The notes: a model not told the origin generated them from the sequence alone. Shown: positions 8,724 to 16,739, counted from the first letter of the stretch. The stretch: DNA of 16,739 nt from an uncultured archaeon (GCA_964589775.1 CAZPUN010000032.1:1-16739), one strand, 5' to 3'. Numbers and translations: made by a program.

Positions 8724-9380
8724 CTAATCTTTCTCCAAGAACACTTTATTGGATGTAGTTAGAATATATAAGCCAAAAATGTACGTACCAAATAAGACAG
8801 TTATTTCAATCAGTTCATCAGCAATATTTGGAAACAGTATCAGTAGCGGAACCGTAGCCATGATAATAATTCCAAAGTATAGGTATTCATTACAAATACG
8901 CCCGGGATATTTTTGTTCTTTTGCAGAAATCCAATAATTGACTAGCTGACCAAGCCCAATTAGGAATTCAAGGCCCACATAAAACAAAAATCTATTATTT
9001 AATAGATCTGCAATTATTTGAACAACGACTATTAAGAGACCAATAATCATCCATAGTATGGATTGTGAAAAAAACCAAGGTACTCGTCTTTTTTCTTCTG
9101 GTGTGTTTGATATGGCAGTCTGTAGTTTAAATGCGCTCCTAATTGGTAAAGATATTAAAAAGAACATCATTGTCATTGTTGCCATAAACACAATTTCCGT
9201 ATTGATATATTGTGAGAAAATATTTGAAATAGATTCCCCAACAAGAATAGTCGCCGCGATTATTATATATATAATGCCTATTGTTTTTCGAAGTATATAA
9301 TATGGAAATAATTCGACTAATGCAAACAATTTGGCAACTTGCTTCTTCTCAGCATCAATAGAATCATCATTATTAGACAT
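8724..9380 (-). CDS. Integral membrane protein (~6 TM helices), co-transcribed with the wHTH regulator
   Basis: About six hydrophobic segments. The ATG at 9380 is preceded by GGTGGG (9390-9385) as SD, so it is preferred over the GTG at 9389. Confidence 0.8.
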   Translation of the reverse strand: MSNNDDSIDAEKKQVAKLFALVELFPYYILRKTIGIIYIIIAATILVGESISNIFSQYINTEIVFMATMTMMFFLISLPIRSAFKLQTAISNTPEEKRRVPWFFSQSILWMIIGLLIVVVQIIADLLNNRFLFYVGLEFLIGLGQLVNYWISAKEQKYPGRICNEYLYFGIIIMATVPLLILFPNIADELIEITVLFGTYIFGLYILTTSNKVFLEKD

Positions 9381-9431
9381 TAAACCCACCAGAGTAAGCT
9401 AGAATATCATTGCTATTTAATATATGTAGTT

Positions 9432-9465
9432 ACTTTGTAGTTCAAACTATTTTATGATTCAAAGA
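9432..9465. promoter_or_regulatory. Candidate tandem operator: two adjacent 17-bp imperfect palindromes AcTTTg-N5-CAAAgt
   Basis: ACTTTG-TAGTT-CAAACT (9432-9448) directly followed by ATTTTA-TGATT-CAAAGA (9449-9465), in the divergent intergenic region between the regulator operon and the ABC operon. Confidence 0.5.
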
Positions 9466-9525
9466 ATATTCCATATAAATAAGGATAGATGCCCCATATA
9501 TTCTTGTCGTTGAAGGTGAATTAAT

Positions 9526-10488
9526 ATGGCTACTTCGAGTGAAACTCAAATTGCTGTTGAAGTTAATGGATTAACAAAAAAATATGATGATTTTCTAGCC
9601 GTAGATGGTTTAAGCTTTAAAATAAGAAAGGGCGAAATATTTGGATTATTGGGTCCAAATGGAGCAGGAAAGAGTACAACAATGAAAATGATGGTAGGAC
9701 TGACAAGTATTACGGCTGGAAGCATCAAGGTATTCAATAAGGAAATAAAAACATTTTTCGACGCTCGCGAGTACATGACCATTGTTCCTCAGGAACCATT
9801 GATATGGGATGTTCTCACAGTAAAGGAAAATGTCAAATACATTATCGATATTTATGATTTGGATCCAAAAAGAGCAGAAGAGATGATGAGGGATTTTCTT
9901 GAAAAGCTTAATTTGAGTGATTTTGAGAACAGGCTGGCGAAAAATCTATCGGGCGGAATGAAACAGAAGCTCAGTCTTCTGATGTCAATAATTACGGAAC
10001 GTCCTGTACTAATTCTCGATGAACCTACAACCGGTCTGGATCCCATTGCCAGGAAAGAGATGTGGGACTATATCATGTCGTTGAAGTCTAAAGGAATTAC
10101 AATAATCTTATCAACTCATTACATGGAAGAAGCAGATTATTTGTGTGATAATATCGCAATTATTGATCAAGGGCGAATCGTCGCATTGGGTACGCCTGAT
10201 GATCTAAAAGAAAAATATGGCGGAAATGAGAGCATTACATTCTATATAAAGTCTGGATGCGTAGAGAGCTTTGAAGATCTTAAACAAAAGTTTCCAGATT
10301 GTAATTTTGCATTCATAGAGCATGAAAAAATGCTAATTGTATCGACAGATAATGCATTTGATATATTGTCTCATCTTGTAGAATTGATTTCAGCGAAAGG
10401 TATTGAAATAGACAAAGTATCAGTTTCGAAATCCACGCTTAATGATGTTTTTATCAATTTGACCGGGAGGAAACTTAGCAATGAATAA
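9526..10488 (+). CDS. ABC transporter ATP-binding protein (DrrA/NodI-like exporter)
   Basis: Walker A GPNGAGKST, Q-loop VPQE, signature LSGGM, Walker B LILDEPT, H-loop STHY and a C-terminal TLNDVFINLTG tail. SD AAGGTGA at ~9513. Confidence 0.97.
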   Translation: MATSSETQIAVEVNGLTKKYDDFLAVDGLSFKIRKGEIFGLLGPNGAGKSTTMKMMVGLTSITAGSIKVFNKEIKTFFDAREYMTIVPQEPLIWDVLTVKENVKYIIDIYDLDPKRAEEMMRDFLEKLNLSDFENRLAKNLSGGMKQKLSLLMSIITERPVLILDEPTTGLDPIARKEMWDYIMSLKSKGITIILSTHYMEEADYLCDNIAIIDQGRIVALGTPDDLKEKYGGNESITFYIKSGCVESFEDLKQKFPDCNFAFIEHEKMLIVSTDNAFDILSHLVELISAKGIEIDKVSVSKSTLNDVFINLTGRKLSNE

Positions 10489-11845
10489 GCACATCAAGCA
10501 TATTTTAGCAATTTCGAGAAAGGAAATAAAAAGTATCCGAAGACGCAAATACACAATTTTCTTTGCGCTTATTTTTCCTGTAATGTTTTTAGGAATTTAT
10601 TCTATTGCGTTTAAATCCACAGGGACTTCTACTTTGGATATTGCAGTAGTAAATCTTGATAGTGGCTATACATTTAGATGGATTAATGGTTCAATTCAGG
10701 AATCAAAAGAAGTAAATTTCGGAGATGTGTTCATTGATATCTTGAACACAACGAAAATGGGTGATAACTCAACTGATAAGCTATTCAATGTACGTATATT
10801 CGATAATATTAATGAAGCGAGGACTGCTCTAATAAATAAAGAAGTGTGTGCAATAATAATTGTTCCGGAGAATTTTTCGAGAATTAATGTTAATACTATC
10901 AATGGTACTATTCGAAGTTATCTTATTGAGATGGCATTTGAACATAATATACCGTTAAATTCAATCAACGGAAGTCTGCCGGAATATACACCAGGATTGA
11001 ATACAACAATAATAACTGAAGGTGATTTTTCTCTCTCGGATTACTGGACTGCTTCTGAGATTGTCAACGGAATTTTAAGAGAATTCGAAAATAGAATTAT
11101 TCAAAAATCAATAGACATGGTGGAAAGTAATTTAGATCCATGGATGCGAATAGACTTTAGCACCATCACAGGAAGCATAAAGATTTCAAAAGTTATGGCA
11201 ACGAATATACCTGATTGGAATTACTTTGATATTTCAGTACCGGGCTTGATTATTTTCGCAATTTTGTCACTTGTGACTACAGTCTCCGGAGTTATTCTTG
11301 AAGATGTAGAATCCCATAAGATATGGAGACTAAAGCTTTCACAACTTTCATCAAGTGATATAATTATAGGAAATTTCGTGGCATATACTGTTTTTGCAGA
11401 AATTATCGCAATGATCTTTTTCGTTGTGGCGTTTGCACTAGGATTCCATTGGGCAGGTGGAATTCAGGCATTACTTACAGCAATTCTGTTTGTTTTTATT
11501 TCAGGTATGGCCACAATCGCTCTTGGTTTGATAATAGGTGGTGTTTCGAAAAATGTAGATATGACAACGCTTGTCAGTCTAATGACATATCTACCGATTT
11601 CATTCTTAATAGGTGCGTTCTTCCCTATAAGCGGAATGCCCAAAATATCGATATTCGGAAGAACTGTACCTATTACTTTCCTACTGCCATGGGCAAGTGC
11701 GCTGTCCGGTATGAAACAAACATTGGTATTCGGTATTACAATAGATCTCTTAATACCTGAATTAATAATTTCAACCGTGGGTAGTATATTATTACTTATT
11801 CCGGGAATCTTCCTATATCGAAAAATCCAGATGCGACCCGAGTAA
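10481..11845 (+). CDS. ABC-2 type transporter permease with large extracytoplasmic loop
   Basis: KEIKSIRR then a TM helix, IAVVNLD...AIIIVPENFS loop, VPGLIIF, five further TM helices and GAFFPI. Overlaps the ATPase stop by 8 bp (ATGAATAA). Confidence 0.93.
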   Translation: MNKHIKHILAISRKEIKSIRRRKYTIFFALIFPVMFLGIYSIAFKSTGTSTLDIAVVNLDSGYTFRWINGSIQESKEVNFGDVFIDILNTTKMGDNSTDKLFNVRIFDNINEARTALINKEVCAIIIVPENFSRINVNTINGTIRSYLIEMAFEHNIPLNSINGSLPEYTPGLNTTIITEGDFSLSDYWTASEIVNGILREFENRIIQKSIDMVESNLDPWMRIDFSTITGSIKISKVMATNIPDWNYFDISVPGLIIFAILSLVTTVSGVILEDVESHKIWRLKLSQLSSSDIIIGNFVAYTVFAEIIAMIFFVVAFALGFHWAGGIQALLTAILFVFISGMATIALGLIIGGVSKNVDMTTLVSLMTYLPISFLIGAFFPISGMPKISIFGRTVPITFLLPWASALSGMKQTLVFGITIDLLIPELIISTVGSILLLIPGIFLYRKIQMRPE

Positions 11846-11848
11846 CCT

Positions 11849-11920
11849 CTCTCCTCTTTTTTTAATTTTAGTTTTTGTTTTAAAAACTCACAATAGTAAA
11901 AAATAAAGGAAAAAAGAAGA
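11849..11920. terminator. Convergent oligo-T terminators (ABC operon on +, aminotransferase on -)
   Basis: T-tracts at ~11857-11881 on the + strand and A-tracts at ~11898-11920 (T-tracts on the - strand). Confidence 0.55.
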
Positions 11921-13264
11921 TTATAGGCTTTCAAGAATCTTACGTAATACGCCCATACCTTCATCAATTTCTTTCTTGCCAACAACTAATGGTGGTGCAA
12001 ATCTGATTGAAGACCAACCCGCACCAAGAACGAGTAATCCATTCTCGTAGGCAAGATCGACTATTTTGTTTCTCAATTTCTTAGCTTCAGGATCGAATGC
12101 TTTCTTGTCCGTAATATCGATTCCAACGAAGAGACCTCTACCTCTTGGGTTCTTAATGTATTGTGGAAAGTCCTGAGCAAGTTTCTTAAGCTCATGAAGC
12201 ATGTACTCACCCTGCTTACGTGCGTTTTCGATTAAGTTTTCTTTTTCGATGGTTTCAATTACAGCCAAACCGATTGCCATTGCGAAAATATCGCCGCCTC
12301 CCCACGTGCTGCTTACACGGCATGCATCCTTTGGTTGTAGTGGGAAGTTTTCATCGGTACCCATTGCAGCTCCAACTTGTAATGCCTTTCCAGAAGTCAT
12401 AAGGTCAACTTCAATGTCAAAGTATTCATGCGCCCAGAATTTTCCACTGCGACCCATGCCTGCTTGAACTTCATCAGCAATTAGCATGATGCCCTTATCT
12501 TTTGTAATGTCTCTAAGAGCACGAATATATTCTCTATTTGGAATGCGGTAGCCACCCTCACCTTGAATGGGTTCAAAAATGAAAAATGCTACATCGCTTG
12601 GAGCTGCATCCTGATAAAGAAGACGATAGACCTTCTCAATTGCAGGTTCAGGATCTTCGCCCTCAGCTACAAATGGAATTCGTTTTGCAGGTAGAGTCGG
12701 GAAGTTCTCTTTGTGTTGAATGTTTGAGTTTGTGAAGGATAATGCCCCCAAAGTTCGTCCATGAAATGCCCCCTCTACAGATACACCCAATGGTCTCTTG
12801 GTGTACCAATATGCGATCTTAATGGCATTTTCCACGGCTTCAGCTCCACTATTAACTAAGAAAGAACGTGTGATTTGTTTGGGTGTAATTTCAGCAAGTT
12901 TTTCTTGTAATCTAATACGTTCGAGCGTGTAGAAATCATCACCTGCAATTTTTAATGGTGCTCGCTTCGAATATTTCATTGCAACTTCAATCATAGCAGG
13001 ATGGTTGTATCCCAATGGAACCGTGGCAATCATAGAATTCCAATCGAGAAATGTATTACCATCAATATCAACAACGTATGCACCTTTTCCAAGACCAGAA
13101 GGTGTCATCACAAGAGGATATGTACCACAAAATTGAGTGGAATATTTATCAATTGCCTCTTTTACCTTTCGTGCATTTGGACCCGGAGGGGGTGTCACAA
13201 TATTTATCCTGTCCAAAACAACCTTGCTCTCATCAATTTTAGGTTCGAAATTTCGAAACATCAT
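11921..13264 (-). CDS. Class III PLP aminotransferase (4-aminobutyrate / L-lysine epsilon / ornithine aminotransferase-like)
   Basis: NSGAEAVENAIK, GAFHGRT, FEPIQGEGG, IADEVQAGMGRSG, SGK(PLP)ALQVG, RVSSTWGG and IRFAPPL. SD GAGGTGA at 13273-13267 places the start at ATG 13264 or 13261 rather than 13318. Confidence 0.93.
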   Translation of the reverse strand: MMFRNFEPKIDESKVVLDRINIVTPPPGPNARKVKEAIDKYSTQFCGTYPLVMTPSGLGKGAYVVDIDGNTFLDWNSMIATVPLGYNHPAMIEVAMKYSKRAPLKIAGDDFYTLERIRLQEKLAEITPKQITRSFLVNSGAEAVENAIKIAYWYTKRPLGVSVEGAFHGRTLGALSFTNSNIQHKENFPTLPAKRIPFVAEGEDPEPAIEKVYRLLYQDAAPSDVAFFIFEPIQGEGGYRIPNREYIRALRDITKDKGIMLIADEVQAGMGRSGKFWAHEYFDIEVDLMTSGKALQVGAAMGTDENFPLQPKDACRVSSTWGGGDIFAMAIGLAVIETIEKENLIENARKQGEYMLHELKKLAQDFPQYIKNPRGRGLFVGIDITDKKAFDPEAKKLRNKIVDLAYENGLLVLGAGWSSIRFAPPLVVGKKEIDEGMGVLRKILESL

Positions 13265-13827
13265 GTTCACCTCGATCATACATCCTGCCAAAAAATAAAC
13301 AGGCAGTGTTAACATCAATCAACTGTGTAGTTCGTGTGTACTTTTCTTTTTAACTCTAGCGGCGATTACTACTTTTGTTTTGTACAAAATGTTCTTTTCT
13401 ATAGATAACTTGCCACATATATGTTAATTTTCATACGGTTAATTCACAAAATTAAAAATTGAGACAAAATTTCTTCAAATATCAATTTTATATCAATATG
13501 ATTTGCTTTTAGAAACTGATAGCATATTTTTTTAATTTTAGATACATTTCTCAAACTCTATTTTTAATGATAGTAATATTCCTTAATTCCAGAGAAGACC
13601 TATGGTTATATTTTAAAAAAAGATGGTTAATTTTCTCGAATTTTCTAAATATAATGGAAATTTATAAATCTAATAAGGTGAGTGTAATTTCATACATCAA
13701 ATCGATTTCAATATTTTCAAATCATATACGAAAACATTCTATGATTTTTTCAATAACGACAAACCATGAAGATCTTGTGAGACTACATATATCCAAAAGC
13801 ATCTTGCACCCATTATATTAATGCTTG

Positions 13828-14010
13828 TTAAATCTCCGTAATGATGATTCGCGTTTTCTTAGTATTCTCGCGAATGTCCGCAAACAGATTATACATCTTC
13901 TCGCCGATTATCTGCCTCAGATTCTCACCACTGATGAGATGTATTCCCATCTTTTTATCTTGTTGTCTTACTTTCTCAGTTTGTTTCTCTAACGCAGCAA
14001 GAGCATAAAT
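13828..14010 (-). pseudogene. C-terminal gene remnant paralogous to the protein ending at 268
   Basis: Manual translation: IYALAALEKQTEKVRQQDKKMGIHLISGENLRQIIGEKMYNLFADIRENTKKTRIIITEI*. It aligns without gaps to KKHRIYFITGKSLQKILGDSVFEMFEEFR (10/29 identical, hydrophobic pattern conserved). An in-frame TGA at 14013-14011 closes the frame upstream. Confidence 0.65.
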
Positions 14011-14538
14011 TCATTTTTTATAGCATACTCTACGTCATAGATTTAGGGTTAGTGGAGCAGAGAGTATATATATCCGCAAGGTTGTTATGTCCACTATCCT
14101 TATCCTTTGGTTTTGAGGCTATCCTTTGTAAAGGGTTCATATCTATTGTACTATATTATTGCCCGTATACAAAATATATAATTCTCCACCCACCATACAA
14201 TTCATTACTCCATCTAGAAGATAATCACACAAATATTTTTAATGGTTTAATTAATTATACACAAATAATCCGCAAGAAGGCGTCATCTCGTAAAGATGTA
14301 ATGGACTGCAAATGTTAATAAACGTTATAACACTAAGTATTAAAATATAAACCATGTTAATTGAGGATTCAAATGGGGTGCGCGTTGAATACATCACATC
14401 TAAAGCCTCTATTTTGACAATAGCTAATTCAATAGCCAATTCTTCCTCGTCGAAGTACAGCAAGCATATACATGAAATGGCTATTGTAAGGTAGTCTATA
14501 TGCAGAATTCTCATATTACCATATGGAGTGTGTTAGAT

Positions 14539-14940
14539 ATGAAGATGTATGTATCCGTTTCGATGACCATATCGATTGCACATAGATACTATGATGAAAG
14601 AGTTTCCTATGAAGAGAATTATAAAAACTATGGGATAGATGTTAGACTACATGGGCATGACTATACATTTGATGTTGTAGTTTCTAAAGATGTTGATGAG
14701 AGAGGGTATTCTGTGCATACGGGATATCTTCAGGACATACTAAATGAAGAGATCTTTGAAAAACTAGATCATACCTACTTGAATGAACATCCATATTTTA
14801 AAAATGTCACGCCCACTATGGAAAGAGTTGTTAAGTTTTTATGGGATTCCTTAAAACCTAGACTGGATAAGGAGGGAATAACTCTAGAGTTAATACGATT
14901 ACATGGAAAAAATTCATATTTGGAGTATAGAGGCGAATAG
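14539..14940 (+). CDS. 6-pyruvoyl-tetrahydropterin synthase / QueD (COG0720, T-fold) family protein with atypical active site
   Basis: AHR, LHGH, LDH.YLN, PTME and terminal EYRGE. SD GGAGTG at 14525-14530 supports the ATG at 14539. No cysteine in the mature ORF. Confidence 0.88.
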   Translation: MKMYVSVSMTISIAHRYYDERVSYEENYKNYGIDVRLHGHDYTFDVVVSKDVDERGYSVHTGYLQDILNEEIFEKLDHTYLNEHPYFKNVTPTMERVVKFLWDSLKPRLDKEGITLELIRLHGKNSYLEYRGE

Positions 14941-14953
14941 GATTTAGAAAATC

Positions 14954-15314
14954 CTAAGAATTCATTAAAATGCCAAATGCTGCAAATAATGCAAAACACC
15001 CAACTATGAATATTGCAAAAAGATGACCATCTGCTATTGGTCTCTACTATTTTTAATATGTACTCAAGTGCGTATTCTGAAGAATTTTCACATATTTAAA
15101 AATTGGATCGAAACAAAATCAAGAATTGCATAAAATAGGAAAATCATATAATAGAAAGGATTCTACCTGGAAATATTTTGAATTCCCTTACCTGTAGATA
15201 AAGAATTGCAGAAGAAATAATTGATCCTATGCTCATTTCAATTTAAAATCCCATCCAAAATGAACCAGGGCTCCTCGTTTCTCTCTGTCTTCCATTGTCT
15301 TATTCTTCTTTCAT
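14954..15314 (-). pseudogene. Possible decayed small membrane-protein gene
   Basis: Manual minus-strand translation gives MKEE*DNGRQRETRSPGSFWMGF*IEMSIGSIISSAILYLQV... and, further downstream, DGHLFAIFIVGCFALFAAFGILMNS*. These are TM-like segments broken by stops. Confidence 0.3.
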
Positions 15315-15493
15315 TATTTTTGATACCAAGAATCCTTCGATTTTACGAAAAAATATATTATTTTTAGAAGGCTATTCATTATAATTTATTTTCATATAAA
15401 TAACCGAAAACATTCAGCTAAATTTAAAATAAATAGTATAATATTTTTGTTATTATATTAATAAATTTGTTTATAAATTAGAATAATAATTAT

Positions 15494-15535
15494 ATAAATC
15501 GATATCCCTACTCGCTTACGGCGGGATCGATTTAT
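15494..15535. repeat. Inverted repeat / hairpin ATAAATCGAT-N22-ATCGATTTAT
   Basis: Perfect 10-bp arms (15494-15503, 15526-15535), extendable inward by CCC/GGG after a 2-nt bulge. Confidence 0.7.
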
Positions 15536-15643
15536 TTTCAGTATACACAGTTTTCGTATTATGAGTTGTATCGAGATGAAAAGGGAGTAAATAATCGGGG
15601 TTAATTGCTCAAAAATGTAGGGGTACACAGTTATCGCGTATGG

Positions 15644-15691
15644 CAAAAATCGATCTCTGCTATTTCAGGACATGAGCATATTCGATTTTTG
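15644..15691. repeat. Inverted repeat / hairpin CAAAAATCGA-N28-TCGATTTTTG
   Basis: Perfect 10-bp arms (15644-15653, 15682-15691) sharing the AAATCGA core with the hairpin at 15494. Confidence 0.7.
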
Positions 15692-15846
15692 AGTACAAAT
15701 TTTTAGTACCTGTTCGGCATTTTGAAAATTTGACTTTGCTTGATCCGTCTGGAATCGTCCAATGTAATGAAGTCTTTCATGACAGAAGCATACAAAATAC
15801 TACATTTTACTATAGATTGATTTCCGATAAATTAATTCTTCTTGTC

Positions 15847-15875
15847 GGAAATTCATTTTGGTGGAAATTCATTTT
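15847..15875. repeat. 13-bp direct repeat GGAAATTCATTTT, 16-bp period
   Basis: Exact copies at 15847-15859 and 15863-15875. Confidence 0.75.
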
Positions 15876-16158
15876 TTGTGTTATGAGTGAATATACCCTT
15901 CGATTTTTCGAAGGAAAATTAATGTTATCTCTTTTAATTAGGAATTGTTTGTTATTCGCCAATACATATAAACTATATGTAAAATTCATACATATAACGT
16001 ATTAATAATATTTTTATAGAATTTACAAAAATCAATCTAAAAATCTTGTATATTTTCGATATTAAACACCACGTTAAGAATAAAAAATCCAATATAATAA
16101 ATTAAAATGTAATAAAATTTTTATATCACATAATTAAAAATTAAAAAAAAGAGAAAAA

Positions 16159-16737
16159 TTAGGGATCGATTATAGTAAATACGTTATTATCTAGAATATC
16201 TAGAATAATCGATAAATAAAATAATAATGGATTAACATGGAATATTAGTTCCACAAGAGGAATTGCAATAAATTTTGCAAGACCTCGAAGTTTATCTATA
16301 ATAGTAATATTATCAGATTTATCTTTATCTAATTCTTTTCTTGCAATTTTTTCAATTAATTTATTTTTGTCGAACCATTTTACAAATTTATCATATGCTT
16401 CTTTACTGAGTTCTATGGATATTGCACCAAGTTCTTTGAATATTTCAAAAACTTTTTTGATTTTAGATGCAATTATAGAGTAATATTGTAAGAAAACCCA
16501 TTCCTCTAAAATTGTATTTATCAGAAAATCATCAAATTCTTCCTTGTCATATAGATATTTTCTTAATTTAATATGGAAGTTTCTATAAATTCTTTTATGA
16601 GATCTTTTTATTTCAAATATATCAAATACGGTATAATATTTCTTAAATTCCATAAGGAGATTTTCAATATTTCTTAAATTTTTTAATTTTGATTCAGAAA
16701 ACTCAGAATCGAAAAATCTGAAATATTTTAGATCATA
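16159..16737 (-). CDS. 5'-truncated hypothetical protein with hydrophobic C-terminal segment
   Basis: The frame stays open from 16653 to the window edge (YDLKYFRFFDSEFSESKLKNLRNIENLL-MEFKK...). It contains ILEEWVFLQYYSIIASKIKKVF and ends in a hydrophobic stretch, then ...IIDP. It is followed by T-tracts on the - strand (16136-16158). Confidence 0.75.
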   Translation of the reverse strand, partial: YDLKYFRFFDSEFSESKLKNLRNIENLLMEFKKYYTVFDIFEIKRSHKRIYRNFHIKLRKYLYDKEEFDDFLINTILEEWVFLQYYSIIASKIKKVFEIFKELGAISIELSKEAYDKFVKWFDKNKLIEKIARKELDKDKSDNITIIDKLRGLAKFIAIPLVELIFHVNPLLFYLSIILDILDNNVFTIIDP

Positions 16738-16739
16738 AT

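Noticed and set aside
13244-13257. Perfect 14-bp palindrome TTCGAAATTTCGAA
   Set aside because: It lies inside coding sequence (FRNFE) and is a single occurrence, so it is plausibly chance. An operator role just after the start cannot be excluded.
794-13264. A shared pathway linking the two PLP enzymes and the ABC exporter
   Set aside because: The genes are in separate transcription units about 10 kb apart, with no biosynthetic core gene and no evidence beyond proximity.
13265-13318. N-terminal extension of the class III aminotransferase
   Set aside because: A strong SD (GAGGTGA) lies within it, directly before ATG 13264/13261.
13567-14514. ORFs 13567-13821 (+), 14052-14318 (+) and 14251-14514 (-)
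   Set aside because: No recognisable domains or convincing SD, and the latter two overlap each other. Treated as non-coding or decayed.
15334-15914. CRISPR array or tRNA interpretation of the repeat cluster
   Set aside because: The repeats are short, irregularly spaced and in both orientations. There is no cloverleaf or T-loop motif and no cas gene in the window.
15458-16005. ORFs 15458-15646 (-) and 15730-16005 (+)
   Set aside because: AT-driven composition without motifs. They coincide with the repeat-rich non-coding region.

Overview
AT-rich prokaryotic window that is almost certainly archaeal (GGTGA/GGAGTG ribosome-binding sites, oligo-T terminators, N-glycosylation sequons in a membrane-protein loop). 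It is probably from an Asgard archaeon, inferred from a TPR protein ending in a longin-like domain. In order it holds: the 3' end of a possible Mrr-like nuclease-fold gene; an aspartate 4-decarboxylase-like PLP enzyme; the TPR-longin protein; a three-gene module in which a MoxR/CbbQ-like AAA+ ATPase is transcribed divergently from an unknown 349-aa gene and a HExxH-vWA gene; a wHTH regulator plus membrane protein divergent from an ABC-2 exporter, with a candidate tandem operator between them; and a class III aminotransferase. The last ~3.4 kb are gene-poor. They contain an atypical PTPS/QueD-family gene (Cys replaced by Asp), gene remnants (one paralogous to the gene at the window start), a cluster of TCGATTTW repeats and hairpins, and the 3' part of a hypothetical gene. 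The best candidate for an undescribed system is the divergent AAA+/orphan/HExxH-vWA module. All assignments come from motif reading and recalled family consensus, with no database searches.
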